From positions 1 to 59,989 of the forward strand of contig JBMFMB010000008.1 of NCBI GenBank assembly GCA_049970895.1: a stretch of DNA of 59,989 nt. Reading direction: 5' to 3'. The stretch comes from Candidatus Bathyarchaeia archaeon (GTDB lineage Archaea > Thermoproteota > Bathyarchaeia > Bathyarchaeales > Bathycorpusculaceae). Positions 29,900-38,150 of the stretch are shown one piece after another (position 1 is the first letter of the stretch; each line of letters begins with the position of its first letter). The notes beneath the pieces are model-generated. The model searched no databases, was not told the DNA's origin, and saw nothing but the letters and a program-made list of their open reading frames with translations. A program made the position numbers and the translations under genes.

Positions 29900-30021
29900 A
29901 TCCCTTCAAGAATTTGTCAAAATAGTGGTTTTCTTTAGCTGCTGGTTGCCTAATTGTTTTAATAATAGTTTTTATCCTCATTTTATACTGCAGTAAGAAT
30001 CGTTAGAGGCAAAGAAGTCAA

Positions 30022-31941
30022 ATGCTCATCAGCGAGGTGATCCTTGAAAATTTCATGAGTTATGAGTATGCTAGGGTACCCCTTAAGCCAGGTGTGAACG
30101 TTGTTTGTGGTCCTAATGGTGCTGGGAAGTCCTCGCTTTTGTTGGCTATTTCTGTAGCCCTTGGACAGTCTTATACTGAGCGTTCTAGGAAGCTCAGCGA
30201 CTTGATCCGTTGGGGTAAGGATCAAGCCCGTGTGACGCTTATACTGGATAATTCTAAGCGGGGAGGCAAACGTCCAGTTCCAAAGTTTAATAAGGACCAG
30301 ATTTTTTTGACCCGGGTTTTGAGGCGGGATGGCAAGTACTGGTTTGAGCTTGAAAACCGCGCCGCTTCAAAGCAGGATGTTGAGAGGCTTTTAGCCAGGC
30401 TGGGCGTTGACCCGGATAACATGCTTATTATTATGCATCAAAACATGGTGGAACAGTTTACAGTTCTTTCTCCGCAAGAAAAACTGAAAATGGTTGAGGC
30501 GGCTGTTGGGCTTGAGGCTTATCGCGAAAACGTTTTGGAAGCTCAGAAAAAGCTTACGCGCATACTAAGCCAAGAAGAGTCCATAGGCAAGCTTTTGGAG
30601 TCGGCGGAGCAGACGCTTAACTATTGGAGGGAGCAATACGAAAGACTTCAAGAGAAGAAGCAGTTGATGGCGAAGAGACGCTTCTTGGAACGGGAGCTTG
30701 CATGGGCTGAGGTAAACCGAAGAGAAGACGCGGTCAAGGATTTAGAGGCAAAACGTGAGAAAGAACTCGCCTTGTTAAGGAAGATTGAAGAGGAAGCCAA
30801 AACAGCTCAAGGACAGCTTCAAACCAAGCAGAGCCAACTTGAAAGGCTGAAAAGCGAATGGAAAAGAAGCCTTAACGAAACCATAAGCCTTGAAAGGGAG
30901 AAGGCTGGAAGCCAAGCCACAATTTCGCTCTGCGAACAGATCCTAGCAGAGGCAGCCTTCATAGAAAACCAAGCCCAAAGCGGTAGGCACTTGAAGCTTT
31001 TGAAAACTGATAGCCTAAAAGAGCTTATAGAAAGCTCAAGGTTGAAGGTTTTAAAGCTTGATGAAGAGCTGAGCAGAAAACTGTCGGAGACGGTGATTCT
31101 TGAGGAGCAGATGGAGAAGGTTGGAAGCCAAATCCTCGACACGAGGGTTAGACTTGCACTTTTGAATTATAGGATGGAGAATGCTAAGGCGAACATTGAG
31201 GATCTGGAAAAGGCGCTTAAAGATGCAAAATCCCAGTTGAATGCTGCTATTAAACGGGCTGAGGAAACTGGACCAAGAATTGCCGTCGTTAAAAGTGCTG
31301 GCGAGATTTTGGATGAAATTCGCGTTGCCGATGGGCATTTGGCGGCTTTGGCTGGCGTTTCAGAAGACGTGGAGCGCATGTACGAGTCTTATTCGCAGCT
31401 TTATTTGGAGCTTAAGGAGAAAGCCCGACTGGTGGCTGAAAACCGCGAAAAAGCCTTAGAAGAGGTTAGGGCTCGGATGCAGGCTTGGCGAACAGTTATT
31501 CAAAGCCTCCTAGAACGTGTAAACCTTGAGTATAAGAAGATTTTGGCTGGTTCTCAAGCTGTTGGCGAGGTTAAGCTCGTGAACGAGCATGACATTGAGG
31601 CGGCTGGACTTGAAATTCTGGTGGGCTTTAAGGGTGGGAAACCAGTGCCGCTTAACGCCTATACGCAGAGCGGGGGCGAAAGGACAACAGCCACCATGAG
31701 CTTCCTATTGGCTTTGCAACAGCATGTGCGTTCACCCTTCCGCGCAGTGGACGAATACGATGTGCACATGGACCCTAAAAACCGTGAGTTAATAGCTCAG
31801 ATGCTTATTTCAACGGTTAAGGATGCGAATGCTCAGTACATTGTGATTACTCCGAGCCAGGTAACCTTCGCTAAGGATAATGTCAACATTATTACTGTTC
31901 AGAATGTTGAGGGCAAATCCATCATTAAAGAGGTTGCATGA
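30022..31941 (+). CDS. Short SMC-family ATPase, Smc5/6-like heads
   Basis: ENFMSY, Walker A GPNGAGKS, Q-loop IMHQ, long coiled coil, signature QSGGER, Walker B SPFRAVDEYDVHMD, IVITP. Confidence 0.9.
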   Translation: MLISEVILENFMSYEYARVPLKPGVNVVCGPNGAGKSSLLLAISVALGQSYTERSRKLSDLIRWGKDQARVTLILDNSKRGGKRPVPKFNKDQIFLTRVLRRDGKYWFELENRAASKQDVERLLARLGVDPDNMLIIMHQNMVEQFTVLSPQEKLKMVEAAVGLEAYRENVLEAQKKLTRILSQEESIGKLLESAEQTLNYWREQYERLQEKKQLMAKRRFLERELAWAEVNRREDAVKDLEAKREKELALLRKIEEEAKTAQGQLQTKQSQLERLKSEWKRSLNETISLEREKAGSQATISLCEQILAEAAFIENQAQSGRHLKLLKTDSLKELIESSRLKVLKLDEELSRKLSETVILEEQMEKVGSQILDTRVRLALLNYRMENAKANIEDLEKALKDAKSQLNAAIKRAEETGPRIAVVKSAGEILDEIRVADGHLAALAGVSEDVERMYESYSQLYLELKEKARLVAENREKALEEVRARMQAWRTVIQSLLERVNLEYKKILAGSQAVGEVKLVNEHDIEAAGLEILVGFKGGKPVPLNAYTQSGGERTTATMSFLLALQQHVRSPFRAVDEYDVHMDPKNRELIAQMLISTVKDANAQYIVITPSQVTFAKDNVNIITVQNVEGKSIIKEVA

Positions 31942-32765
31942 TGCAATCTAAGCGAGAACGCATTAGAATTGGGCGGGAGAGGCTTCAGCGTGTTATTGAG
32001 ATGTGTAGGGCTGTTGAGGAGCGCTCTCTAGACCCCTTTCTGGTGGATGTGGATGAGATAATTAGGGTTGTTAGGGAGTTTTTCCCAGAATGGGAGCAGC
32101 CAGAAGACCTATGCCTAGACGCTGAAGCCATAAACCGCCTCGCATCCGTTATTAGGCTTCAAAGCGAGTGGGTTAAGCACCGCTCAACATCCCTTTACAC
32201 AGACCCTTTCCTCTTAGAGGAGAAGATAAAACACTTAGAGAAAGAAGCCATAGTGGAGGCTTTTCTCGGCGCTTGGCACCCAATAGTTGAGTTTGAACAG
32301 ATTTCGCTCCACAGCCTAAAGGAGGCACTGCGCTACTGGGAAAGCCTACCGCCACTGAAAGATAGATGGAAAGAGTTTCCTCCACCCGAGGAGGCTGGTA
32401 GAGCAGCTACCCGAGAGGAGCTTATAAGGCTTAAAATTTTGCGGGATAAAGCCTTCACAGAAGAGTTGGAAAACTTCTGGAATGAACTGAAAAGGCTTGT
32501 TGAGGAGAAGGGCGAAAATGGCAGAATAGGATACTGGGATTTTGTTGGCGCAGAAACCTATGAGGAAACAATCCACAGAGCATTTATGACGAGTTTTCTC
32601 GTAACTTATGGCTATGCAACCCTTGAAATCAACCCGTTGGAAGAGGAGATTTTCATCAGACCCTTTGAAAAGCAGCAGAGGCGCATAGCCAAAAAACAGC
32701 TGGTCACAATACCTATAGCCATAACCCGTGAAGAGTGGGAAAAATGGCGAAGAAAGGAGGCGTAA
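31938..32765 (+). CDS. Kleisin (ScpA/Nse4-like)
   Basis: N-terminal LDPFLVDVDEII...DAEAINRLASVIRLQSEW resembles the ScpA N domain; C-terminal winged helix IHRAFMTSFLVTYGYATLEINPLEEEIFI; ATGA overlap with SMC. Confidence 0.78.
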   Translation: MMQSKRERIRIGRERLQRVIEMCRAVEERSLDPFLVDVDEIIRVVREFFPEWEQPEDLCLDAEAINRLASVIRLQSEWVKHRSTSLYTDPFLLEEKIKHLEKEAIVEAFLGAWHPIVEFEQISLHSLKEALRYWESLPPLKDRWKEFPPPEEAGRAATREELIRLKILRDKAFTEELENFWNELKRLVEEKGENGRIGYWDFVGAETYEETIHRAFMTSFLVTYGYATLEINPLEEEIFIRPFEKQQRRIAKKQLVTIPIAITREEWEKWRRKEA

Positions 32766-32767
32766 AA

Positions 32768-33325
32768 ATGAGTAAAAGGAAAGCCGTCTACGCAAGCAAG
32801 ATAAAACGCGCCGTTCACATGCTTTTCTACCGCAGACACAAAAAGCCCGGAGTAAAGGGTTGGGAGCTCAGAAAGACTTTGGGCTCCGACTACCCAAAAG
32901 TTTTAAGCATTTTGGATGAGTACTTGAAGCCTTTGGACTTGCAGGTTAAAATGGTTTTTGAAGAGGAAAAGCCAGCCTCCGAAAATCCGACGCTGGAGGA
33001 GTTAGACAGGGCAAGGTTCTACATAACCCTCCGTGGTGATTTAACGCCTAAAGAGGCTAAGATGGTTGGTTGGCGAATAGACGACTTGGCTGGACTAGCC
33101 ATAACAATAGCCTACATAATCTCAAAGAAGGGAAAAGCACCACGAAAAGAAGTGGAAGAACTATTACGCGAGAAGCTGCCATGTTGGAAGGTGGGCTTAA
33201 ACATAGACCACTACATACGCTATGGATACCTAACTCAAGACGAAAACGAACAGTTGTATCTGGACTGGCGAACAAGAGCAGAAGTAGACCAAAAAGCACT
33301 CATAGATCTAATCCTATCAAAGTAA
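32768..33325 (+). CDS. KITE-family tandem winged-helix protein (ScpB/Nse1/Nse3-like)
   Basis: Two predicted WH domains, terminal YLDWRTRAEVD; AGGAGG RBS; third gene of the SMC operon. Confidence 0.68.
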   Translation: MSKRKAVYASKIKRAVHMLFYRRHKKPGVKGWELRKTLGSDYPKVLSILDEYLKPLDLQVKMVFEEEKPASENPTLEELDRARFYITLRGDLTPKEAKMVGWRIDDLAGLAITIAYIISKKGKAPRKEVEELLREKLPCWKVGLNIDHYIRYGYLTQDENEQLYLDWRTRAEVDQKALIDLILSK

Positions 33326-33334
33326 CAAAGGAGC

Positions 33335-33517
33335 TTATTTTCTGATTTTTCTGTAGAGGAAGGCTATGATGTCGATTATGATTATTGCTGTGAGAATTAG
33401 GAGTGGATTGCCCAAAAACTTGCTTGGAAGGGACTCTTCGGCTGCATAAGCATGGTTAATTAAAGTGGAAACTAAAAGAAGTGCACAGAGAATTATTGCA
33501 GCTAGATTTTTCCTCAT
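33335..33517 (-). CDS. Small membrane protein
   Basis: Signal-like N-terminus, second TM with basic tail. Confidence 0.55.
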   Translation of the reverse strand: MRKNLAAIILCALLLVSTLINHAYAAEESLPSKFLGNPLLILTAIIIIDIIAFLYRKIRK

Positions 33518-33555
33518 GCTTGTTTTTGCCCTCTTTTTCCATTTTTTGGCTGTTT

Positions 33556-33993
33556 TTAGATTATGCTGACGTTTTGTATTTGGAAGTAGCGTTTCACTAG
33601 CATGCGGAGGCGTTCGGCGTTTCTACCATTTTTTCCTATGGCTACGCCCTTGTCTCTTGGGTGGACTGTTACAACGGCTATTGTTTTGCCGTCTGGTCTT
33701 TCGGTTATTCTAACTTCTTGGACGTTGGCTGGTTTCAACGCGTTTTTAATAAACTGGACTGGATCTTCAGAATACTCTATTATCTCATGCTTTTTGCCCG
33801 TCATCCTTTCAAGAAGCCTAATGTTTCTTCCGCCCTTCCCAATGGCTGCGCCTATGTCGCCTTCCTTCACAACCATGATTACTCGTCCCTGTTCCTCGTC
33901 AACTATGCAGTCTTTGACGCTGGCGCCGCTTATACTTTCGAAGAGGGCTATATACTTCATCTCTGTGGTGGTGAATTTTATGCCGCTACTCAT
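33556..33993 (-). CDS. nusA: Archaeal NusA (KH domains)
   Basis: GAAIGKGGRNI, GVAIGKNGRN; conserved position after L30e. Confidence 0.95.
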   Translation of the reverse strand: MSSGIKFTTTEMKYIALFESISGASVKDCIVDEEQGRVIMVVKEGDIGAAIGKGGRNIRLLERMTGKKHEIIEYSEDPVQFIKNALKPANVQEVRITERPDGKTIAVVTVHPRDKGVAIGKNGRNAERLRMLVKRYFQIQNVSII

Positions 33994-34331
33994 TCGCTTC
34001 CTCCTTCGGACTCCTCCTCGGCTTCTTCAGTGGACTCTGCTAATCTAAGAATTTCTGAATCACCGGGCTCTCTTATAGTTAACGCTGAAACAAGGAAAGG
34101 TTTTCCACAGACAGCAGCCAAATCCATTGAAGAACCACGATAAACGATTAATGGAATGTTGGAAAGCTTACAGTAGTATTCCAAGTCGCTGCGGATTTCA
34201 GCTGGACAGTTAGAAGCAACAATAATCATTTTTGCCTTACCAGTTTTGGCGCTCTGTATCGCCGAATTCGAGCCAAAAGAAACCTTACCAGTTTTAACAG
34301 CCGTTGAAATGGCCTTGTCTATGTCTATCAT
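33990..34331 (-). CDS. rpl30e: 50S ribosomal protein L30e
   Basis: AVKTGKVSFGS, IVASNCP, CGKPFLVS, PGDSEI. Confidence 0.96.
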   Translation of the reverse strand: MIDIDKAISTAVKTGKVSFGSNSAIQSAKTGKAKMIIVASNCPAEIRSDLEYYCKLSNIPLIVYRGSSMDLAAVCGKPFLVSALTIREPGDSEILRLAESTEEAEEESEGGSE

Positions 34332-37300
34332 TTGTTCTCCCTCTTAAGCTCAGACGTGGACATAAACAGTTCCACAAGCCCTGTGCCGACGGGTATGGAC
34401 TGCCCAACAATAACGTTTTCAGTCACGCCTTCCAATGGGTCGCTTTCTCCTCTTATGGCGGCTTCAACGATGTTTGGAACTGTTATTTCGAAGGCTGCCC
34501 TAGCCAAGACACTTGCCTTTTTGCCGCTCACGCCGTGTCTGCCGATTTGTTGCACCTCGCCCGTGGCGGTCATCATGTCCGCCACAAGCATCACGTGGCG
34601 AACGTCAACATCTAAGCCTTGCTCCTCTAAAACGCTCTTAGCCTCCTGGATTAGGACGTTTCTGGCAGCCTCTATTCCCAATGTTTTGGCTATTTCATGA
34701 ACGTTGTTTGTAGTCGTCCTAGTAGTGTCAACGCCATAAACCTCCAGAACTTTGGGGAGGTTTGAGCCGTCTGTGCGTATAACCCACTCGCCATGCTCTT
34801 CAGTGACCAGAACACGCTTTATGCCAGGCACACCCTTAATGTAGAAGGATGAAACCTTGTCAAGGAGCTTTTTCAGGGCTTCGGGTTTTTTGGGCTTGAC
34901 GTGGATGCGGTTTCCAGTTATCTTCACTGTGCAGTTGGCAATTTTCACTTTCTCCTTAAGCTCCTGTATTGTTACGCCCCTGTCTTCCATCATAGCCTTA
35001 TTCAATTCAACAATGATTTCCCCGCGAACTGGGTCTTGGTATACAGCTTGGGCAATGTTTTCAATGGTCGTGTAAAGTATATTTCTGGCTATTTTTACGG
35101 CGGCTTCCCTACTCTTGCGGTGCTTCTCATCCAAGTAAATGACCATTATGGGTGTTGATGGAACCCTCCTAGCGTCAACAATTTCAATAAGCCTCGGCAA
35201 GCCCAAGGTTACGTTCTGCTCTCTAACACCAGCATAATGGAATGTCCTAAGGGTCATCTGTGTGCCTGGCTCTCCAATGGATTGGGCTGAAACTATGCCC
35301 ACGGCTTCACCGGGCTCCATCAAGGCGCGTTTGTAGTGCTCAACTGTTAGCTCTATGGCTTTGTCGACGCCCTCCTTGCTGAGTTTAGCCTCTGTTAGGC
35401 TCTGCTTAAGCTCGCTTATCAGCAATGGCGTGAGTTGGTCTTCAACTTCCTTAAGCTTCTCCTTAATGTATTCTGGAGGTGCTGGCTTACCCTTTTCCAT
35501 TCCAATTCTTATCTGTTCAACAAGGCGGCTCACGTTTACAGCCTTTCCATGGTCGCTTTTAGCTGGGTCAACACCATCCTCGCCATACTTAAACTGGATT
35601 ATGTCGCCTGTTGAGCTTCTAACAGTTCCATCGTATTCTAGGCGCAAGTGTTCCAAAGCGTTGATTAGGCGTCTCTGCATGTAGCCGCTCTGCTGCGTCC
35701 TAACAGCGGTGTCCACAAGCCCTTCGCGTCCGCCCATGGCGTGGAAGAAGAATTCTATGGCGTCTAAGCCCTTCTGGTATGAAGAGTAAACGAAGCCTCG
35801 CGCTTTTGGAGATGGGTCGCCGAACTTGAAGTGGGGCAGCGTCCTTCCCAAATAGCCACGCATTATACGTTTTCCACGCACAGCCTGCTGTCCAACACAG
35901 GCGCTCATCTGCCCGATGTTTAGGCTTGAACCCCTAGCGCCTGTTCTCGTCATCACTATGCCAGAATTCTCCAAAGTGAAGTCTTCATCAGCGATTTTTC
36001 CTGCTTCGTCTCTGGCTTTAGCTAACTCGTTCATTACGTAAATTTCAAAGGAGTCTTCGAGGGTTTGTCCCGGAAGCCTTGGCAGTGTGCCGTCTCGGTA
36101 ACTCTTTATAAGCTCTTCAATGCGTTTTTCAACCCTCTCCATAATCTTCCTTATTTTCGCCTCAGCCTGATGAGAAAGAACAAGCTCATCATAGGAGTAG
36201 GAGAAGCCCCTCATTGTTATGAAAAGCTTCAGCAATCTCGTAATATTGTTTATGAACTCTCGTCCAGCAGCCGTTCCATAATCCTTAATTATTCTGTGGA
36301 GGAGGCTTTCAGATTGCTCTGCACCTATGGCTTTTCTGTCAATTACGCCGCATATTAGCTGCCCGTTCTTAACGACGACGTAGGCGTCGTAGGGGCATTC
36401 CTCCTTAAGGCATTTGGCACATCCGCGACAAGTATTTGCCTTCAAAACATAGTTTAAATCCTTCGGCAGGAATAGGCTGAAAATTTGTTTGCCACTCCAC
36501 ATGGGCTGGGGCTCTTTTATTTGCGGTTCTGGAAGTGGACCCTCATAGCCAGCGGCGATTAATAGTCTGCTAACCTCATCCTTTGTTAAGTAGTTTGACT
36601 TCCTCGTGAAGAGGTATGCAGCCGTTATAAAGTCCCGGATAGCCCCAATTATTGGACCGCCAAATCTCGGCGAGAGGATTTGGTCTTGCACTTGCATGAG
36701 GAGGCGAGCCTCTGTTTGAGCTTCCTCACTTTGCGGTATGTGAAGGTTCATCTCGTCCCCGTCGAAGTCTGCGTTGTAGGGCGGACAAACACATAGGTGA
36801 AGACGGAAGGTCTTGTATGGCAAGACTCTCACATAATGCGCCATAATGGACATTCTGTGGAGGGACGGTTGACGGTTGAAAATGGCTATGTCACCGTTTT
36901 TTAAGTGACGCTCAACAATGTAGCCCGGCTCTAGGGATTCGGCAATCTTCTCCCTATCAGCTACAAACTCAAGCCTAATTCTCTTGCCATCTGGACGGAT
37001 AATGTAGAGGGCTCCAGGATATTTGAAGGGACCATTAATGACAAGTTTTCGCATCTCCTCAATGTTCCATGTGGTCACCTTTTCTGGAACTGAGAGCCTC
37101 ATGGCAACCTCTAATGGTACGCCAACTTCGTTTATGTCTAGGTTTGGGTCTGGAGAAATCACCGTCCGCGCCGAGAAGTCTACACGCTTCCCGGAGAGGT
37201 TGCTTCTGAATCTTCCCTCTTTGCCTTTAAGCCTCTGGGAAAGCGTTTTAAGGGCTCTTCCAGAACGGTGCCTTGCCGGCGGAATGCCAGAAGCCTCATT

Positions 37301-38149
37301 GTTAAAGTATGTTGTTACATGGTACTGGAGGAGTTCCGACAAGTCTTGAATTATGAGGGTGGGTGCGCCAGCCTCCATGTTCTCCTTTAGGCGCTGGTTT
37401 ATGCGGATTATGTCCACAAGTTTGTGGGTTAAGTCATCCTCTGAGCGTATTCCGGACTCCAAAGTTATTGATGGACGCACATATACTGGTGGAACGGGTA
37501 AAACTTGGAGAACCATCCATTCTGGACGGGCTGTTTTCGGGTCGAAGCCCAGAAGCTCCAAATCGTCATTTGGTATGCGTTCAAGCCTCTCCCTAACCAT
37601 GCTTGGCGTTAATGGCTGGGAACCACCCGGAATTTCCTCGCTAAATTTTGTGGGTTTTTCGAAGGTTATCTTATACTGGGGCGCGTTGCAATGGGGGCAA
37701 GTCTTAGCCCTTATCTCTTGGGTGATTCGCTTAAAAACCTCTTCTGGAACTGTTCCCAAGAGTTGGCGGGTTCTCTCAATTCTAGCCCTCAACTTCTTGA
37801 TGGCGTCCTCTGGAAGTAGAATTCGCCCACAGTTTCGGCATGTAACCCTAAGGAGGTCATAAATTATTTTTGCAAATTCTATGTGGATTACTGGGACTGC
37901 TAATTCTATGTGCCCAAAATGCCCCGGACAGCGTATAGCGGTGTTGCCACATGTCTTGCATCTCTGCCTTGGCTCCAGGGTTCCAAGCCTTCCGTCCATA
38001 AGCCCAGCGGTTATTGGGGCGCCATCCTCATCATAGGTGTCAGGCGTTTGAATTTCAACAACCGATAGTTTGCGTATTTCCTGGGGGGATAGTAAGCCGA
38101 AACGGATTTCATCAACAACTTTATGGGCGACTTCCTCAACTGCCGCCAT
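34328..38149 (-). CDS. rpoA: DNA-directed RNA polymerase largest subunit, fused A'/A'' (Rpo1)
   Basis: NADFDGD catalytic motif, CPGHFGH, plus A'' motifs AQSIGEPGTQMTL and LARAAFE in one 1273-aa ORF. Confidence 0.98.
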   Translation of the reverse strand: MAAVEEVAHKVVDEIRFGLLSPQEIRKLSVVEIQTPDTYDEDGAPITAGLMDGRLGTLEPRQRCKTCGNTAIRCPGHFGHIELAVPVIHIEFAKIIYDLLRVTCRNCGRILLPEDAIKKLRARIERTRQLLGTVPEEVFKRITQEIRAKTCPHCNAPQYKITFEKPTKFSEEIPGGSQPLTPSMVRERLERIPNDDLELLGFDPKTARPEWMVLQVLPVPPVYVRPSITLESGIRSEDDLTHKLVDIIRINQRLKENMEAGAPTLIIQDLSELLQYHVTTYFNNEASGIPPARHRSGRALKTLSQRLKGKEGRFRSNLSGKRVDFSARTVISPDPNLDINEVGVPLEVAMRLSVPEKVTTWNIEEMRKLVINGPFKYPGALYIIRPDGKRIRLEFVADREKIAESLEPGYIVERHLKNGDIAIFNRQPSLHRMSIMAHYVRVLPYKTFRLHLCVCPPYNADFDGDEMNLHIPQSEEAQTEARLLMQVQDQILSPRFGGPIIGAIRDFITAAYLFTRKSNYLTKDEVSRLLIAAGYEGPLPEPQIKEPQPMWSGKQIFSLFLPKDLNYVLKANTCRGCAKCLKEECPYDAYVVVKNGQLICGVIDRKAIGAEQSESLLHRIIKDYGTAAGREFINNITRLLKLFITMRGFSYSYDELVLSHQAEAKIRKIMERVEKRIEELIKSYRDGTLPRLPGQTLEDSFEIYVMNELAKARDEAGKIADEDFTLENSGIVMTRTGARGSSLNIGQMSACVGQQAVRGKRIMRGYLGRTLPHFKFGDPSPKARGFVYSSYQKGLDAIEFFFHAMGGREGLVDTAVRTQQSGYMQRRLINALEHLRLEYDGTVRSSTGDIIQFKYGEDGVDPAKSDHGKAVNVSRLVEQIRIGMEKGKPAPPEYIKEKLKEVEDQLTPLLISELKQSLTEAKLSKEGVDKAIELTVEHYKRALMEPGEAVGIVSAQSIGEPGTQMTLRTFHYAGVREQNVTLGLPRLIEIVDARRVPSTPIMVIYLDEKHRKSREAAVKIARNILYTTIENIAQAVYQDPVRGEIIVELNKAMMEDRGVTIQELKEKVKIANCTVKITGNRIHVKPKKPEALKKLLDKVSSFYIKGVPGIKRVLVTEEHGEWVIRTDGSNLPKVLEVYGVDTTRTTTNNVHEIAKTLGIEAARNVLIQEAKSVLEEQGLDVDVRHVMLVADMMTATGEVQQIGRHGVSGKKASVLARAAFEITVPNIVEAAIRGESDPLEGVTENVIVGQSIPVGTGLVELFMSTSELKRENK

Positions 38150-38150
38150 T

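Noticed and set aside
30022-33325. Wadjet (JetABCD) or Rad50/Mre11 assignment
   Set aside because: No JetD/Toprim nuclease, Mre11, HerA or NurA nearby; no zinc hook; gene order and head motifs fit an SMC-kleisin-KITE operon instead
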